Source: Clostridia bacterium
GTDB lineage: Bacteria; Bacillota; Clostridia; Oscillospirales; Acutalibacteraceae
Length of the DNA stretch: 64,000 bases
Direction: 5' to 3'
NCBI GenBank assembly: GCA_017936645.1
Contig: JAGBFD010000070.1
Span: forward strand, 4,714-68,713
Shown: positions 1 to 8,559 of the stretch, piece by piece
Layout: every line of letters begins with the position of its first letter
Position numbering within the stretch: position 1 is the first letter of the stretch
The notes under the pieces: model-generated
What the model was told of the DNA's origin: nothing
Databases searched by the model: none
The model's input: only the letters and a program-made list of their open reading frames with translations
Program-made: the position numbers and the translations under genes

Positions 1-180
1 ACAAATGCGACGGAAGAGCAATGGAAAGAACACTTTGCAATACCGCTTCGCACAGGACGTGTTCCCGGCGAAACGCTTGACTTTTTCATCATCTGTCCCC
101 TTGCAGAAGAAGCAGACAAAGGTGAATGGAAAAAAAGCAAACTTGAAAAAGTGAAAGAATATATGTTGGAACAGTTGTAA
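1..180 (+). CDS. 3' end of a CDS starting upstream of the window (last 59 codons); product not identifiable
   Basis: Frame 1 is open from base 1 to TAA at 178-180 (...KGEWKKSKLEKVKEYMLEQL*). It is followed by the promoter region of the next gene. Confidence 0.4.
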   Translation, partial: TNATEEQWKEHFAIPLRTGRVPGETLDFFIICPLAEEADKGEWKKSKLEKVKEYMLEQL

Positions 181-196
181 TTTCTTTAATTTACTA

Positions 197-225
197 TTGC
201 AATTTAAATCATTAAAGTATATAAT
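197..225 (+). promoter_or_regulatory. sigma-A-type promoter for the aminotransferase gene
   Basis: TTGCAA (197-202), 17-nt spacer, TATAAT (220-225), about 35 nt upstream of ATG 261. Confidence 0.5.
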
Positions 226-260
226 TTTGTATGTAATTTTCCGAAATGGAGGAATTTATC

Positions 261-1478
261 ATGGATATTATCAAAACAGCTGACAGAATGAAAAATGTTC
301 ACTCAGACATCAGAGGTCCTTTGTTCGTCGAAGCAATGGATATGAGAGCAAGAGGAATCGATGTTTTGAGACTTAATACAGGTAACCCTGCTACTTTTGG
401 ATTTAAGCTTCCCAAGAGTCTTGAGGATGCTTTGAAGGGTAACGAGCAGAAAGGTGTCGCTTACTGTGATTTCAAGGGTATGCCTGATGCGAGAGAGGCT
501 ATCTGTGAATACGAAAAGACAAAGGGCATTGAAGGAATCGTACCTGACGATGTGTTCATCGGTAACGGTGTAAGTGAGGTTGTAAACTTTGCTCTTATGC
601 CTCTTCTCAATGACGGTGACGAGGTTCTCGTCCCCTCACCCAGCTATTCACTCTGGGGTAACTCTGTTTACCTTGCAAGCGGCAATCCAGTATTCTATAC
701 TTGCGATGAGAAAAGCAACTGGTATCCTGATATCGCTGACATCCGTTCAAAGGTTACTTCAAAGACAAAGGCAATCGTAATCATCAACCCCAACAACCCG
801 ACAGGTGCTCTTTACCCGAAAGAGATTCTCCTTGAAATCGTTCAGATCGCAAGAGAAAACGGACTTATCATTTTCTCTGATGAGATCTATGACAGACTTG
901 TTATGGACGGACTTGAGCATATTTCTACTGCTTCACTTGCTCCCGATATCCCCGTTGTCACAATGAACGGTCTTTCAAAGTCGCATCTTGTATGCGGTTT
1001 CCGTTGCGGTTGGATGGTTCTCAGCGGTCCCCGTGAGCTTACTGCTGAATACCGCAAGGGTATCATTCAGATGACCTCACTTCGCCTTTGTGCCAATACT
1101 CTTCCTCAGCTTGTAATCCCTGCTGCTATGGCTGATATGGAGACTCCGCGTTCAATGATCGTTCCCGGCGGACGAATCTACGAGCAGAGAGAGGCTACCT
1201 GCTCAGAGCTTGAAAAGATTGACGGTATTACATTTGTAAAGAACAGTGCAGCTTTCTACCTCTTCCCGAAGCTTGATGTTAAGAAATTCAACATCACGGA
1301 TGATAAGAAATTTGCATGGGATCTTCTCCACGCTACAAACATTCTTCTTATCCCCGGCAGCGGATTTGACTGGAAAGAGCCTGACCATTTCCGTATCGTT
1401 ATGCTTCCTGAGGCTGAAGAGCTTCGTGCAGCTATGAGACGTATGGGCGAATTCCTTGACGGATATAAGCAGAAATAA
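261..1478 (+). CDS. PLP-dependent class I/II aminotransferase (alanine/aspartate aminotransferase-like)
   Basis: The ORF track gives 246..1478. GGAGG at 248-252 lies 8 nt before ATG 261, so 261 is preferred. NPNNPTG and SKSHLVCGFRCGW (PLP-lysine block) are typical of fold-type I aminotransferases. Confidence 0.85.
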   Translation: MDIIKTADRMKNVHSDIRGPLFVEAMDMRARGIDVLRLNTGNPATFGFKLPKSLEDALKGNEQKGVAYCDFKGMPDAREAICEYEKTKGIEGIVPDDVFIGNGVSEVVNFALMPLLNDGDEVLVPSPSYSLWGNSVYLASGNPVFYTCDEKSNWYPDIADIRSKVTSKTKAIVIINPNNPTGALYPKEILLEIVQIARENGLIIFSDEIYDRLVMDGLEHISTASLAPDIPVVTMNGLSKSHLVCGFRCGWMVLSGPRELTAEYRKGIIQMTSLRLCANTLPQLVIPAAMADMETPRSMIVPGGRIYEQREATCSELEKIDGITFVKNSAAFYLFPKLDVKKFNITDDKKFAWDLLHATNILLIPGSGFDWKEPDHFRIVMLPEAEELRAAMRRMGEFLDGYKQK

Positions 1479-1490
1479 TTGAAGATAAAA

Positions 1491-1524
1491 ACGGTGCAAC
1501 CGATCGGTTGCACCGTAAATTTTT
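1491..1524. terminator. bidirectional rho-independent terminator between convergent genes
   Basis: Perfect palindrome ACGGTGCAACCGA/TCGGTTGCACCGT (1491-1516), flanked by an A-run upstream and AAATTTTT downstream. Confidence 0.8.
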
Positions 1525-1527
1525 GTC

Positions 1528-3012
1528 TCAGCATTTAATTACGGAAGATAACTTTTCAGCTAAACCTTTTAAACTGAAATCAAATCCTCCCGAAACACTT
1601 TTTGCCTTAATGATTGAATAACCGTCGCTTCTGCCGAGTTTATCAGTAGAAATATCTTCGATTTTTCCGATAAGCTTTGCAAAGGTCTCAGTCTGCTCTG
1701 TCATAAAGTCGATATCAAATTTTTCCATCTCGTGACTGTCGCTCACGACACAAAGATAATACGGAGCAGGGACAAGACTTATTTCCGGTATACCCATTGT
1801 AAAGAAATTCTGCCCTTCTCCGAAATGTAAGGCATTATGTCCTCGAAGGGTCATTGTACGGACTGTATTTCTGTCTTTTACGGTATCGATATAGAGCTCA
1901 TCCATAAACTTGTTTCCTGTATAAACGAGGTCAATTTCAGGCTGACCTGTGCATACATATTCACCGTCAATGTCACGCCATTCTTTGCATCCTAAATGCT
2001 CGATTGTCAGGTTCGCAACACACTTGAAATGATCGCCCTTTCCATCCCACAGGTTACGGTGCATTGCAAGCCACCGTGATACAGACTGAAAAGAGCCTGT
2101 CCGGATGTCCTTGAATTTCGGCAAACGAAAATGCCCCGTTGTAAACAGAAAGATATGTGTTCTTTCAGGTTCAGTTTCTTTCATGTTTTTCATAAGCTCC
2201 AGAAGAGCAATCGGTCCGTTTTCTTCAATGCAGTTTGTACCATCAGTATGTGTGTTTATAATTACGCTTTCCCTTTTATTTTTCCCCTTAATGATACAAT
2301 AAAAACTTTCCGTATATGCGTACTCTTCGACATTTGCCTCAAGAACGAGTCTTGCTTTTTTATGCTTTACGGCAGCTTCTTCAAGCCTTTTTCCGTTAGT
2401 TTCGTTTACCCATAGCATAGGTATTTTCTGATAGTCAGAAATAAACGAAAGATACTGCCCTTCAACCATGTCATCATGAAGACCTTTCCAGATGAGTATG
2501 ACAGCTTTGGCTTTACTTAGTTTGGATATAACACCGTAAAAGCACTGAACAAAACTTGTTATTACGGGACCTTCATACTTTTTTTCAAGCACAACGTCTT
2601 CAGGATAGCTTGAACGTTTATCAAAAGCAATTTCACTTGGCAGAAAATTTATATTGTTAACATTAAAAACAGCAATTTTACCTTTCGTTCTCGGGATATC
2701 TTTTACACTCGTTACATATACCAGTTCTTCAGTTATACCTTCGACATCTGTTTCTCCTGAGTAAGGATAGGCAGAAGAAACGGGTATATTGATTCTTTCT
2801 TTTCCTTCAATTATTTCAATGGAGGATGATTTTTCTTCCCAACGTCTGAACCTGAACGGGTCGGAATAGATCTGAATGTTGTTTTTTGATATTTCTTGTT
2901 TCAGCCAGTTTATGAAATCATTGTGTCCTTTGCTTCCTGTAAGTCTTGTACCGAAGGAATTCATAATGTTCATTCCTTCGAGCAAGTTTTCTTTGGAAAT
3001 ATTGAATTTCAT
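1528..3012 (-). CDS. M28/PA-domain peptidase-like protein, function uncertain
   Basis: 494-aa ORF. The N-terminal FGTRLTGSKGHNDFINWLKQE and the INTHTDG, TTGHF and EHLGC blocks resemble the metal-ligand blocks of M28-type aminopeptidases. Judged by eye only. Confidence 0.4.
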   Translation of the reverse strand: MKFNISKENLLEGMNIMNSFGTRLTGSKGHNDFINWLKQEISKNNIQIYSDPFRFRRWEEKSSSIEIIEGKERINIPVSSAYPYSGETDVEGITEELVYVTSVKDIPRTKGKIAVFNVNNINFLPSEIAFDKRSSYPEDVVLEKKYEGPVITSFVQCFYGVISKLSKAKAVILIWKGLHDDMVEGQYLSFISDYQKIPMLWVNETNGKRLEEAAVKHKKARLVLEANVEEYAYTESFYCIIKGKNKRESVIINTHTDGTNCIEENGPIALLELMKNMKETEPERTHIFLFTTGHFRLPKFKDIRTGSFQSVSRWLAMHRNLWDGKGDHFKCVANLTIEHLGCKEWRDIDGEYVCTGQPEIDLVYTGNKFMDELYIDTVKDRNTVRTMTLRGHNALHFGEGQNFFTMGIPEISLVPAPYYLCVVSDSHEMEKFDIDFMTEQTETFAKLIGKIEDISTDKLGRSDGYSIIKAKSVSGGFDFSLKGLAEKLSSVIKC

Positions 3013-3027
3013 TTTTCTTTCCTTTCT

Positions 3028-3189
3028 TTAAAATAAGCCGGCAAAAAACTCTGCAACCGGAGCGATAACAAAGTGTTGCAAAGCGATCCCGGGTGTTGAT
3101 AAAAAGCCGAGTATAATGGCAAAGTCTACAGAAATATAGTCGGCTATAGAATTAAATGCCGTATTCAAAGTATCAAATATCGACTCCAC
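3028..3189 (-). CDS. 53-aa hydrophobic, acidic small protein with no Lys or Arg, probably membrane-associated
   Basis: The track shows a 103-aa ORF (3028..3339), but AGGAAAGGAGGG sits 6-7 nt upstream of GTG at 3189. Product: MESIFDTLNTAFNSIADYISVDFAIILGFLSTPGIALQHFVIAPVAEFFAGLF. It ends 15 nt before the next gene. Confidence 0.5.
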   Translation of the reverse strand: MESIFDTLNTAFNSIADYISVDFAIILGFLSTPGIALQHFVIAPVAEFFAGLF

Positions 3190-3430
3190 GAAGTGCCCTC
3201 CTTTCCTGAAAAGTGCAGTCTTTAATATTTCCGAAATCAAAGCAGTATATTTAGTTTCAGAAATAAAAAAGTGCGACCACCAAAGCAGTCGAACAAAAAA
3301 ACGCAAACTCCGATAGTCATCATATAATTGATGCAACAAAGCAGTCGTCTGTTTTTTTCGCTAAAAATGCACCGCCTCCTTTCAGGTTGATTTTTTGCTC
3401 TCATTATGTAGTCAGTCAATATGTATTCAA

Positions 3431-4318
3431 TCAGCCCTTGAGCTTGCCGCCCTTCATTTTGATGAGTTCACGGTAGCTGATAAGCTCTACACCGTGATCC
3501 TTGAGATACTTATGAACATACGGGTCCTTCATAAGCTCGTATTCCCATACTCTGTCCTGCCATCTTGAGGTGATGCCTTTAAGCTCGTCACACTCAACGG
3601 ACGGATGCACGAATGTTTCAGTTACACCGTCTTCAGGAATATTTGTCCAGATTTTAAGAATAGTATCACGGTAAACCTCGTAGCTTACACGCATATCGTC
3701 ATTCCAATCAGGGAAGAGAAGATAATCAGGAATAACAACATCGTACTTTTTACCCCAACGCTTTGAAAGCAGAGTAACTGCAGCATAGAGGAAGTACGGT
3801 GTTCCGTTCGGACAGATACGCTTATCGTGCTTTGTATAAAGTCGGTAAGCATAGCCGTACTCACCGCAGACGCGAAGAGTCATCTTTGAAAGTCCGAGTC
3901 TGCCGGTATAGTGACCGTAAAGCGAGCCCATATGGTTATCTGTATGAGAAGGTTTCATGCCCCAGCTGTGTGCAAGGTCGATCTGAGCTCTGATCTCAGC
4001 TTCAAGATCTTCATAAGAAGCATTCTTCTCAACCTGATCACTTTCGTGCCACATATAACCTGCTTCGTCCATAAGAGTCTTACCTCTCGTAAGAGGCTTC
4101 CAGCGGTACTCGCCCCACTCACTTGTCATAGTAAGGTGAACACCGATAGCATACTCAGGATGTGCATTTGAAAACTCAACTGCAGCCTTAGCAGCGGGAC
4201 AAGGTATCATAACGGTAGCTGACTTGAGCCAACCGCCCTCAAAAAGTTCGTTTACAGCTTCATTGGCAGCGTTACACATTCCGTAATCGTCTGCATTAAC
4301 AATAAGATACTTAGGCAT
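3431..4318 (-). CDS. YdjC/ChbG-family carbohydrate deacetylase
   Basis: N-terminal LIVNADDYGMCNAANEAV and the later HLTMTSEW and HTDNHMG blocks are typical of the YdjC (ChbG/HpnK) family. Confidence 0.75.
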   Translation of the reverse strand: MPKYLIVNADDYGMCNAANEAVNELFEGGWLKSATVMIPCPAAKAAVEFSNAHPEYAIGVHLTMTSEWGEYRWKPLTRGKTLMDEAGYMWHESDQVEKNASYEDLEAEIRAQIDLAHSWGMKPSHTDNHMGSLYGHYTGRLGLSKMTLRVCGEYGYAYRLYTKHDKRICPNGTPYFLYAAVTLLSKRWGKKYDVVIPDYLLFPDWNDDMRVSYEVYRDTILKIWTNIPEDGVTETFVHPSVECDELKGITSRWQDRVWEYELMKDPYVHKYLKDHGVELISYRELIKMKGGKLKG

Positions 4319-4354
4319 AATTTAAATCCTTCCTTTTGGAAAATCAACAGTATA

Positions 4355-4382
4355 ATTATACCACAAGTGGTAAAAAAATCAA
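4355..4382 (-). promoter_or_regulatory. sigma-A-type promoter for the YdjC-family gene
   Basis: On the minus strand: TTGATT (4382-4377), 16-nt spacer, TGGTATAAT extended -10 (TATAAT = 4360-4355). Confidence 0.5.
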
Positions 4383-4408
4383 TATAAACGATAAAGTGCA
4401 AATTTTGT

Positions 4409-5218
4409 TTATTTTGCATAAAGTGAACCGATGACCCAATTTCTGAATCTGCACGGAAACACCTTGCAAAGAATACAAACAAATTTATAACTCAGACCTA
4501 TGGCATAGACGGGTTTGACTCGGGATCTAAGCGCAATTTTAGCGATGTACTTGCCTGCCGTTTCGGGTTTCATCCCCTTCTGCTCATCACGCTCCATACC
4601 TGCAACACTTTTTGAAATCCTGCCGTTGTAGATACTGTCACCCTCAAAGGTTTTCTTCCTCGCCTGAGTAAACTCAGTACAGATATCGCCCGGCTGAATC
4701 GCAGTAACGGATATATTGAAGGGTCTGAGCTCATTTGCCAAAGCACAGGTATATGATTCGACAGCCGCCTTTGATGCGGAATAATAAGTCTGAAAAGGAA
4801 TGTGTGCAACAGCAGCAACGGAGCTGATATTGACAATCCTTCCGCCGTTATTTTCTCTCATATAAGGTATGACAGCTTTATTGACGTTCACCATACCGAA
4901 GAAATTCACATCAAACTGTGACTTTGCATCTTCAAGGGAAGTGAATTCAACCGCACCTGAGATACCATAGCCTGCACAGTTTATGACAATGTCAATCCTG
5001 CCCTGCTTGTCATATACATCTCTGACGGCAGATATAACGTTTTCTTCATCGGTTACATCAACTCTCAGATGATTGACCTTTTCAGCGGCAATATCACGTC
5101 TGCTGAAATCGTAAACCACGCAGTTTTCTTTCAAAAGTGCATCCGCTGTCGCACGGCCTATACCTGAATTGGCACCCGTTATGATTACAACTTTTCTTTC
5201 CATTAAATTCACCGTCAT
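4409..5218 (-). CDS. short-chain dehydrogenase/reductase (SDR)
   Basis: TGANSGIGRATA Rossmann motif, NISS and YSASKAAV catalytic motif. The ATGA start/stop overlap with the upstream gene is at 5215-5218. ATG 5203 (MERKVV) is an alternative start. Confidence 0.85.
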   Translation of the reverse strand: MTVNLMERKVVIITGANSGIGRATADALLKENCVVYDFSRRDIAAEKVNHLRVDVTDEENVISAVRDVYDKQGRIDIVINCAGYGISGAVEFTSLEDAKSQFDVNFFGMVNVNKAVIPYMRENNGGRIVNISSVAAVAHIPFQTYYSASKAAVESYTCALANELRPFNISVTAIQPGDICTEFTQARKKTFEGDSIYNGRISKSVAGMERDEQKGMKPETAGKYIAKIALRSRVKPVYAIGLSYKFVCILCKVFPCRFRNWVIGSLYAK

Positions 5219-7659
5219 CTCTCAATGCGGATTGTTTTGATTTCCCAGGGTCTGAAACGCAATGTGTTATCCTTAACTTCAGCGATCTTTTTACCGAGCA
5301 GATCAGTTTCGTCCGTAACATTTCCGATTGAAGGTTTGAAATAAGCAATGCCATCTTCATCTGAATAGTTACAGAAACGTACAAGAATGTCGTCCTCATC
5401 ACAGTACATGGTAGTCATAAGGATCTCGCCTTTTTCAACCCTGAAATCAGCAAAACTGAAGCAATCGGTGCTTCCGTTTGCAACAACTTTTACACTCGGA
5501 GTATAGTTGTATAAATATGCCGAACGCTGAATCTGTGCCTCACTTACCGTTGAATCAAAAGTGCTGAGAGCAAATTCGCTTTTATACACACCGTCAAGAA
5601 TTCTCGTTCCGCACATATAAAGATTAGAATACAACAAAGGTATTTCAACACGGTTACCCTGAATCAAAGAGCCCATACATCCGCGATTGAATACAGCTAT
5701 CCCCTTCTGAGTATCACGAAGCCATATTCCATAGATACCTTCCATATATGTAGTCGAGTCGAAAGACTCTTCAGCACTTACAGGTGTGTCAACAAGTATA
5801 AAATCCTTATCGTACCAATAATCTTCAGTTTTGCGTACATCCCCGCTCCACTCGCAGATTGAATACGGCAGATCTCTGACCATCTTTCTGCTCTTTTCAA
5901 GGCAGGTGTTCAGTACAAAATTAAGTTTTTCTTCGTGTCTGTGACCGTCGACAGTCAATGATTTCATCAGACCGTTGAATACACCTGTTCGTCCTACGTG
6001 TTCACCGTGTAATTCAAAGTGGGATTTACAGTCGATCCTCAGACTGTCTGAATTAAAACGCATCTCAAATCTGTACGGGATTCCGCCTATTTCACCATTC
6101 TGAACAGCGACAGCTCCGAAAGCTGATATATTAATGTTCCAGACACCTTCTGAACGGTAATTGACATCTTCCACACAAGCTGTAAACAGTTCGCCGTCAC
6201 CGTTGTCAATAAGACGGCAGTTATCTTTTACACTTTCAAGGTATACGATGCCTTTTTCGTTAACCTTCATTCTGTAGGCAGGAGTTGTAAGTTCGCCTGT
6301 TGCGGCATCCCAGCTACACACAGAATCAGCCTTTTCTTCGTCATTCACCGCAACAAGCGAATAATTTTTAACAGTAAAAGCCGGAATCTCGGCGTGAACT
6401 CTCAGAATGTATCCATCACCTGATTCGATGATTTCGCTTTCAACCTTTTTGTCACCGTCAAATACACAATATCTGTCTGAAGCCTTCACTTCGAGCCACT
6501 CATCAACATCGAAAGAATGAGTATTGACTATAAGTAACGCTTCACCCTCACCGTCAACAAAATAATTTTCAATCACATTTAAAGCTTCGCATTTTACTGA
6601 ATCTGATGCTGCAAGTGAAGTAGGAATAAACCTGCGTGAAAGGTCCAAAAGACCGCAGATCGTGACATCATGGTGCTGTGCAGCAAGAGCATATTTCCAC
6701 GCTTCATCAAGCTTTTCTTTAAAAGACGGAGCACCCAAAAGACTTGCAAGTGCACCTAATTTTTCAGCCTGAACCGAAGCTGCTTCAGCTGCTCTTACAC
6801 CGTTAAAAATCTCGTTGCCGCAATATCCCCACGGCATCTGGATATGGAAATCATTGTCCGTTGTTCTGAGTTCATCCTCAGCTTTTCCGTAAATTTCGGG
6901 TATTTCCTCAAGGAGAATGTACTGACAGTTATCTTTTTCAAGTGTCATTTTTGTGAAATCTTCAATCGGCTGAGTGAGATCGTCATATCTCGACATAAGA
7001 AGCGGCGAATATTTCTCAAACATTTCGCTGAATTCTTCGACAGACTGTACTGTTTCGTGGTCACTTGGCCAACGTGACATAATCCAGTTATCCAAAGTAG
7101 TGCAGTTAAAGCCTCTACCTTCTTTATCATATGTAGGTACTGACGGAATTTCTGAACCATCCTTTCCGATCCAACGACCCCAGGCCGAATCGAATGTGCG
7201 CGGATAGCCGTAACCCATTACGTGTGAGCGGAAAATTGCCGCTTCATGTCCTGTAAGCTTTAAAAGCTGCGGAGTCTGATTGTTAAGGGCATACTCAGAA
7301 ATCGCATACACAGACGGTGTTTTGCCGAAATATTCAAGATTGGTACGCACAGCATAAGTCAGCTGTCTTGCATTTGATTCTTCTGAAATAGTGAGAGACA
7401 AAGGCTGGCCGTAAGTAGTAGCACCGAGACCGACCCTGTCAGGATACTTTTCAAGAAGCTCCCTGATCATATCAACAACTTCCGGATCGCATCTCGAAAA
7501 CTCATCAAAAGTGAATGATTCATAGTCAAGACCGATCTTTAATTTCGGATATATCTCCATCCAGACCGCAATATCTTTAAGTCTTGGTTTGACTTCATCC
7601 TTCCACAAAACATATCCGCCGTGATCATATGTCAACAAGTATAACTTTTTATCTTTCAT
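5215..7659 (-). CDS. GH38-like (alpha-mannosidase superfamily) glycoside hydrolase, divergent
   Basis: 814 aa. AAAGGAG lies 7 nt before the ATG. AAQHHDVTICG (about 6652-6684) matches the GH38 central HHD.I.G block. The N-terminal block is LLTYDHGGYVLW (about 7604-7639) rather than the canonical H.HxDxGW. Confidence 0.45.
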   Translation of the reverse strand: MKDKKLYLLTYDHGGYVLWKDEVKPRLKDIAVWMEIYPKLKIGLDYESFTFDEFSRCDPEVVDMIRELLEKYPDRVGLGATTYGQPLSLTISEESNARQLTYAVRTNLEYFGKTPSVYAISEYALNNQTPQLLKLTGHEAAIFRSHVMGYGYPRTFDSAWGRWIGKDGSEIPSVPTYDKEGRGFNCTTLDNWIMSRWPSDHETVQSVEEFSEMFEKYSPLLMSRYDDLTQPIEDFTKMTLEKDNCQYILLEEIPEIYGKAEDELRTTDNDFHIQMPWGYCGNEIFNGVRAAEAASVQAEKLGALASLLGAPSFKEKLDEAWKYALAAQHHDVTICGLLDLSRRFIPTSLAASDSVKCEALNVIENYFVDGEGEALLIVNTHSFDVDEWLEVKASDRYCVFDGDKKVESEIIESGDGYILRVHAEIPAFTVKNYSLVAVNDEEKADSVCSWDAATGELTTPAYRMKVNEKGIVYLESVKDNCRLIDNGDGELFTACVEDVNYRSEGVWNINISAFGAVAVQNGEIGGIPYRFEMRFNSDSLRIDCKSHFELHGEHVGRTGVFNGLMKSLTVDGHRHEEKLNFVLNTCLEKSRKMVRDLPYSICEWSGDVRKTEDYWYDKDFILVDTPVSAEESFDSTTYMEGIYGIWLRDTQKGIAVFNRGCMGSLIQGNRVEIPLLYSNLYMCGTRILDGVYKSEFALSTFDSTVSEAQIQRSAYLYNYTPSVKVVANGSTDCFSFADFRVEKGEILMTTMYCDEDDILVRFCNYSDEDGIAYFKPSIGNVTDETDLLGKKIAEVKDNTLRFRPWEIKTIRIER

Positions 7660-7682
7660 AATAACACTCCTTTGCTTTTATG

Positions 7683-7711
7683 AGTATATCACCACACTTT
7701 TTTATTGTCAA
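7683..7711 (-). promoter_or_regulatory. promoter of the GH38-like/SDR operon
   Basis: On the minus strand: TTGACA (7711-7706), 17 nt, TATACT (7688-7683). Confidence 0.5.
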
Positions 7712-7734
7712 TGTTAATAAAACTTTATAAAAAA

Positions 7735-7763
7735 TTGACAATGTATTATAAAATTGCTACAAT
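7735..7763 (+). promoter_or_regulatory. promoter of the PHP-MFS operon
   Basis: TTGACA (7735-7740), 17 nt, TACAAT (7758-7763). It is back-to-back with the minus-strand promoter. Confidence 0.5.
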
Positions 7764-7793
7764 TAATTCAATATACAATCAGGAGCTGAGATT

Positions 7794-8546
7794 ATGTTTT
7801 TAACTCGCGGAATTTATGACATAGATGAACTCGCACACTACAATTTACACATACACACTAACTTTTCAGGTTGTGCAAAACCTGAAATGAGCTTTGAAAA
7901 TATCGTTTCAGCCGCTAAACAAGCAGGTCTTGAGATGATAGCTCTCTGTGACCATATTTATAAGCCTGAAGACCTCAAGGAATTCAACGAGAATTGTAAA
8001 ATCCTGAGGAAGAAAAGGGATGAGCTTGATTCTGATATAAAAATCCTGATCGGCGGTGAGTTCTCGTGCTACGGTACGGATAAGTACACTCTGAAAGGTC
8101 TTGATTTTGAAACCGAATACAGACTTTATGCACAGAATCATTTTCACGTTAAAGGCTGGGAACAACCGGATGTGATCACACCCGAGAACTACAAAGAACT
8201 GACCAAAGCCATGCTCAGAAATCTTTTAAAAGATAAAGCCGCTGATACGATCGCTCATCCTCTTAACGGCAAATATCTCACCAAAAGTACAGGTTGGAGC
8301 AATGAGGCTGTGGGAAGCTGCTGGACAGATAATGAAATCGGTGATATCCTGACCGATGCTTATAACAACGAATGTGCTTTTGAATTAAACACAGGTGCTG
8401 TCCTCGCGGATGCACCTTTAGCAAGAAGAATGTATAACATCGGCAAGGAAATCGGTGCTGTATTTACACTCGGAACAGATGCACATACGTTAGAGAGTGT
8501 CGATCCAAAAAGAATCCTGGATGAAGTAAAAAGAGTATTGCTGTAA
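7794..8546 (+). CDS. PHP-domain metal-dependent phosphoesterase (histidinol-phosphatase family)
   Basis: NLHIHTNFSGCA, ALCDHIY and GTDAHT motifs. AGGAG lies 8 nt upstream of the ATG. Confidence 0.7.
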   Translation: MFLTRGIYDIDELAHYNLHIHTNFSGCAKPEMSFENIVSAAKQAGLEMIALCDHIYKPEDLKEFNENCKILRKKRDELDSDIKILIGGEFSCYGTDKYTLKGLDFETEYRLYAQNHFHVKGWEQPDVITPENYKELTKAMLRNLLKDKAADTIAHPLNGKYLTKSTGWSNEAVGSCWTDNEIGDILTDAYNNECAFELNTGAVLADAPLARRMYNIGKEIGAVFTLGTDAHTLESVDPKRILDEVKRVLL

Positions 8547-8559
8547 AGGAGCTGTATAT

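Noticed and set aside
3028-3189. The 53-aa peptide considered as an AgrD-like autoinducer precursor or a bacteriocin
   Set aside because: It has no Cys for a thiolactone, and there is no AgrB, ABC exporter or immunity gene nearby. The peptide is acidic with no Lys or Arg, unlike cationic bacteriocins. It is kept only as an unknown micro-protein.
3361-3383. Perfect SD (AAAGGAGG) followed by GTG-CAT-TTT-TAG on the minus strand, considered as a leader mini-ORF
   Set aside because: The SD-to-GTG spacing is only 2 nt and the ORF is 3 codons long. This is not credible as a translated leader peptide. The SD-like sequence is mentioned only as part of the unexplained leader.
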